Shown here: one piece after another, positions 51,616 to 64,000 of the stretch
How positions within the stretch are numbered: position 1 is the first letter of the stretch
How the letters are laid out: the number at the start of each line of letters is the position of its first letter
Source: Paraspadella gotoi
Taxonomy: Eukaryota; Animalia; Chaetognatha
Direction of reading: 5' to 3'
Length of the DNA: 64,000 nt
NCBI GenBank assembly: GCA_051294375.1
Contig: CM119265.1
Span: forward strand, 18,586,631-18,650,630
Program-made: the position numbers and the translations under genes
Notes under the pieces: generated by a model
Databases searched by the model: none
Told to the model about the DNA's origin: nothing
Seen by the model: only the letters and a program-made list of their open reading frames with translations

Positions 51616-53725
51616 CCTCCCACCCCACACACCCGCCAGATTCACGATCGAAGGATCAGCCGCGAGAGTCAGCCACGTTCCCCCAACACCCCCTCAGCCC
51701 CGCAACCTCTCGGCCCCTTTTTAGATCGGGATTGGGAACGAAAAACAAATCCTTCGTTTTAGTAGTTTTAGTTTAAATGTACAATTAATAATTATTTAAT
51801 ATTTCTTGATTATTATTATTTCCCCTGGGAACCACGCGTCTCTATCGTCGAGGTAAAATTGAACAACTGCAGCGATTACTACACCAACAGTGTTGAATGA
51901 AAATTTGTGCTCAGATTTTGCGTTCTTAGCTCCACAGGAAGGATACAATAATTTTATCTCGAAATCTCTAAATATTTCGGATTAAAGTTAAATATCAAGC
52001 GGATTACGAAGACAATCGCTTTGGATTTTCGGAATTTTCTTTCAAAAAAAGCAAAACAAAATCCGAGTTTTTTTGTCGACGAAAAAACACGAACTGTACT
52101 GATCACAAACTATGAATCGAAACTTGGATTATTCGCTTTTAAATATTCACCGAACAATGAAAACGGAAGTAGAAAAATACTCGCTATTGCGCTTTAATTA
52201 ATATTTATAAAAAATGGGATATACAAATTGAAATTTTGCTAATTCTGAAATACCTCGAAAACTTCCAATTTCTTCATTTTCTATTCTTGATGTATTTCGT
52301 GTCATCATTAACTTTCTTATATTTACTGTCTTTTCTTTCGCATTTTCTTCCCTTTATTGTTTCTTATTATCTTCAGTACTTCACATTCGATTTTTTCCTC
52401 ATTCCTCGGATTCCCAATCGTAATCAATCGCCCATCACCAGTGAAATCAGTTCACCTCTTGAATCTTTGACTCTCGATTCTCGTTTTTAAAGTTTTCAAC
52501 CTTCGCAGCTTTTTCATGTCGTATTTTGTCCGTACCAATGTATGAAAAAGCCGTGATTAGCCGCGAAAACCCATATTTTTACAACTTTGTCTAACAACTT
52601 ATCCTTTAAAACTGTATTTCTGTAATCGCCTGACTGTTGACTTTGCTCTTTGAGATCAGGCTTCAAACATTGGTAAACATTAGATCGACGCTTAACGTTT
52701 CGATTTCGAAGCTTACGCCTACGCCTAGAATTCGATAAAAATATTGTTATTCATTCTCCGACAGCGATTTCGCAATCCTATTCACAAAAAAAAGTCTTTT
52801 TCCAACTCTCACTATCTCTTTTTCCTTTTTGACACCATCTCCCTCTAATATCTTTGCCCCCTCCTCCGTTTATCCTTTCACACAGAATCGCGGAACCCCT
52901 CGTGCCGTTCGGGTTCTGGAGATGCTTTCCATGCCGTCGATGCTGACGATCTGAGCGTCGATTCGGATTTTTAGGTCATAAATAAAACACAACAAAAACA
53001 GAGCATCTCTGGAGGTGGAAGAAGATCCTAACGTCTTCGCGCCTTATTTCGTTTGAAGGATCAGTTTTGAGTAAATTATTGTTAAGCACAACAACAACGG
53101 CAACAATAACGGACCAACGGCTTTGGGTTCGCGCGCGTTTTGCGGAACTTCGGTCCAAAGACCCTCCGAAGATTTCGATCGGCTTGAACTTACCCGAAAT
53201 TCTCTCCCCCCCTTTTTTTTTCAAAATAGTGACCCATCCTCTTATATATCCTCGTATAAGAGAGTGAGGTCATAAAACCTCGTCCAAATATACCGAGGTG
53301 AGTCGACGTCTTTTCATAACGCTATACGTCATCAATATTCAACGAAATCGTTTTAAAATTACATTCAAGATTGCGTCAAAAGTAAACAAAACCAAAAAGC
53401 CAATTTTTTAAAAAGCTCATTGGAAAATTACTCAAATCAGAAAAAAAGAAAAAGAAGACAAGGAATTTCGATCTTTCGCTTTCAGCTAATTCAACTTCCG
53501 CACAACAAAACTTTTTTCTTAATCGTACAAATATTTTTTTTTCATCCGCTTCCAAATCGCTTAAATTGCTCAAAAGTGTTTTTTTCTCTTCTGAAATCTT
53601 CAAATTAGTAGATTGTAGAGGTGCGTGATAAGTTTTTAACGATTCAATCACATATAAACGGCTTTGTATTGTTGGTTTCAATCATTTACTTATTATTTCA
53701 AAAGGTTTACCGGAACTGGAGCAAA

Positions 53726-63805
<10,080 letters not shown>

Positions 63806-64000
63806 GTAAGATTGTCGGAATAAATGGTCATTGATATGCATTTTAATCTTATTTGCATATTGCAGTGTTTTAGAAAATGTTTATTAGTATATAAATCCTT
63901 GAATTTTCAATATTAAAAAAACAATAGAAAAATACCGATCTTAAAATTATTAGTCTAGTATGTAATGAAATTGGTTGAGCTAACCAAACTTGAGTTAATT

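Overview
This is eukaryotic (animal-like) genomic DNA: AT-rich, dense with short introns, and with one 25-N gap. Most entries in the ORF track are exon fragments or shadow ORFs. Protein genes recovered by reading exons are a 5'-truncated VPS13, an SLC2A13/HMIT-like sugar porter, an SLC6 transporter, an MFSD6-like transporter, a PP2A B'' subunit (PPP2R3) with a 2.7-kb N-terminal exon, and an UNC-89/obscurin-like Ig-SH3-DH-PH gene that hosts a nested antisense DCXR-like reductase. The main find is four intronic copies, from three divergent subfamilies, of a ~230-300 nt element. Each has a TGGTGG-hairpin 5' end, a degenerate tRNA-like region (clear in two copies) and a circularly permuted type-P5 twister ribozyme fold, and the T1 pseudoknot covaries between copies. 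This looks like a twister-bearing SINE/retrozyme family. Also present are DINE-1/HINE-like and Kolobok-like elements, three GCGAG-donor introns, a candidate secreted peptide gene and an orphan Ala-rich ORF. All calls come from manual reading; no searches or folding programs were run.
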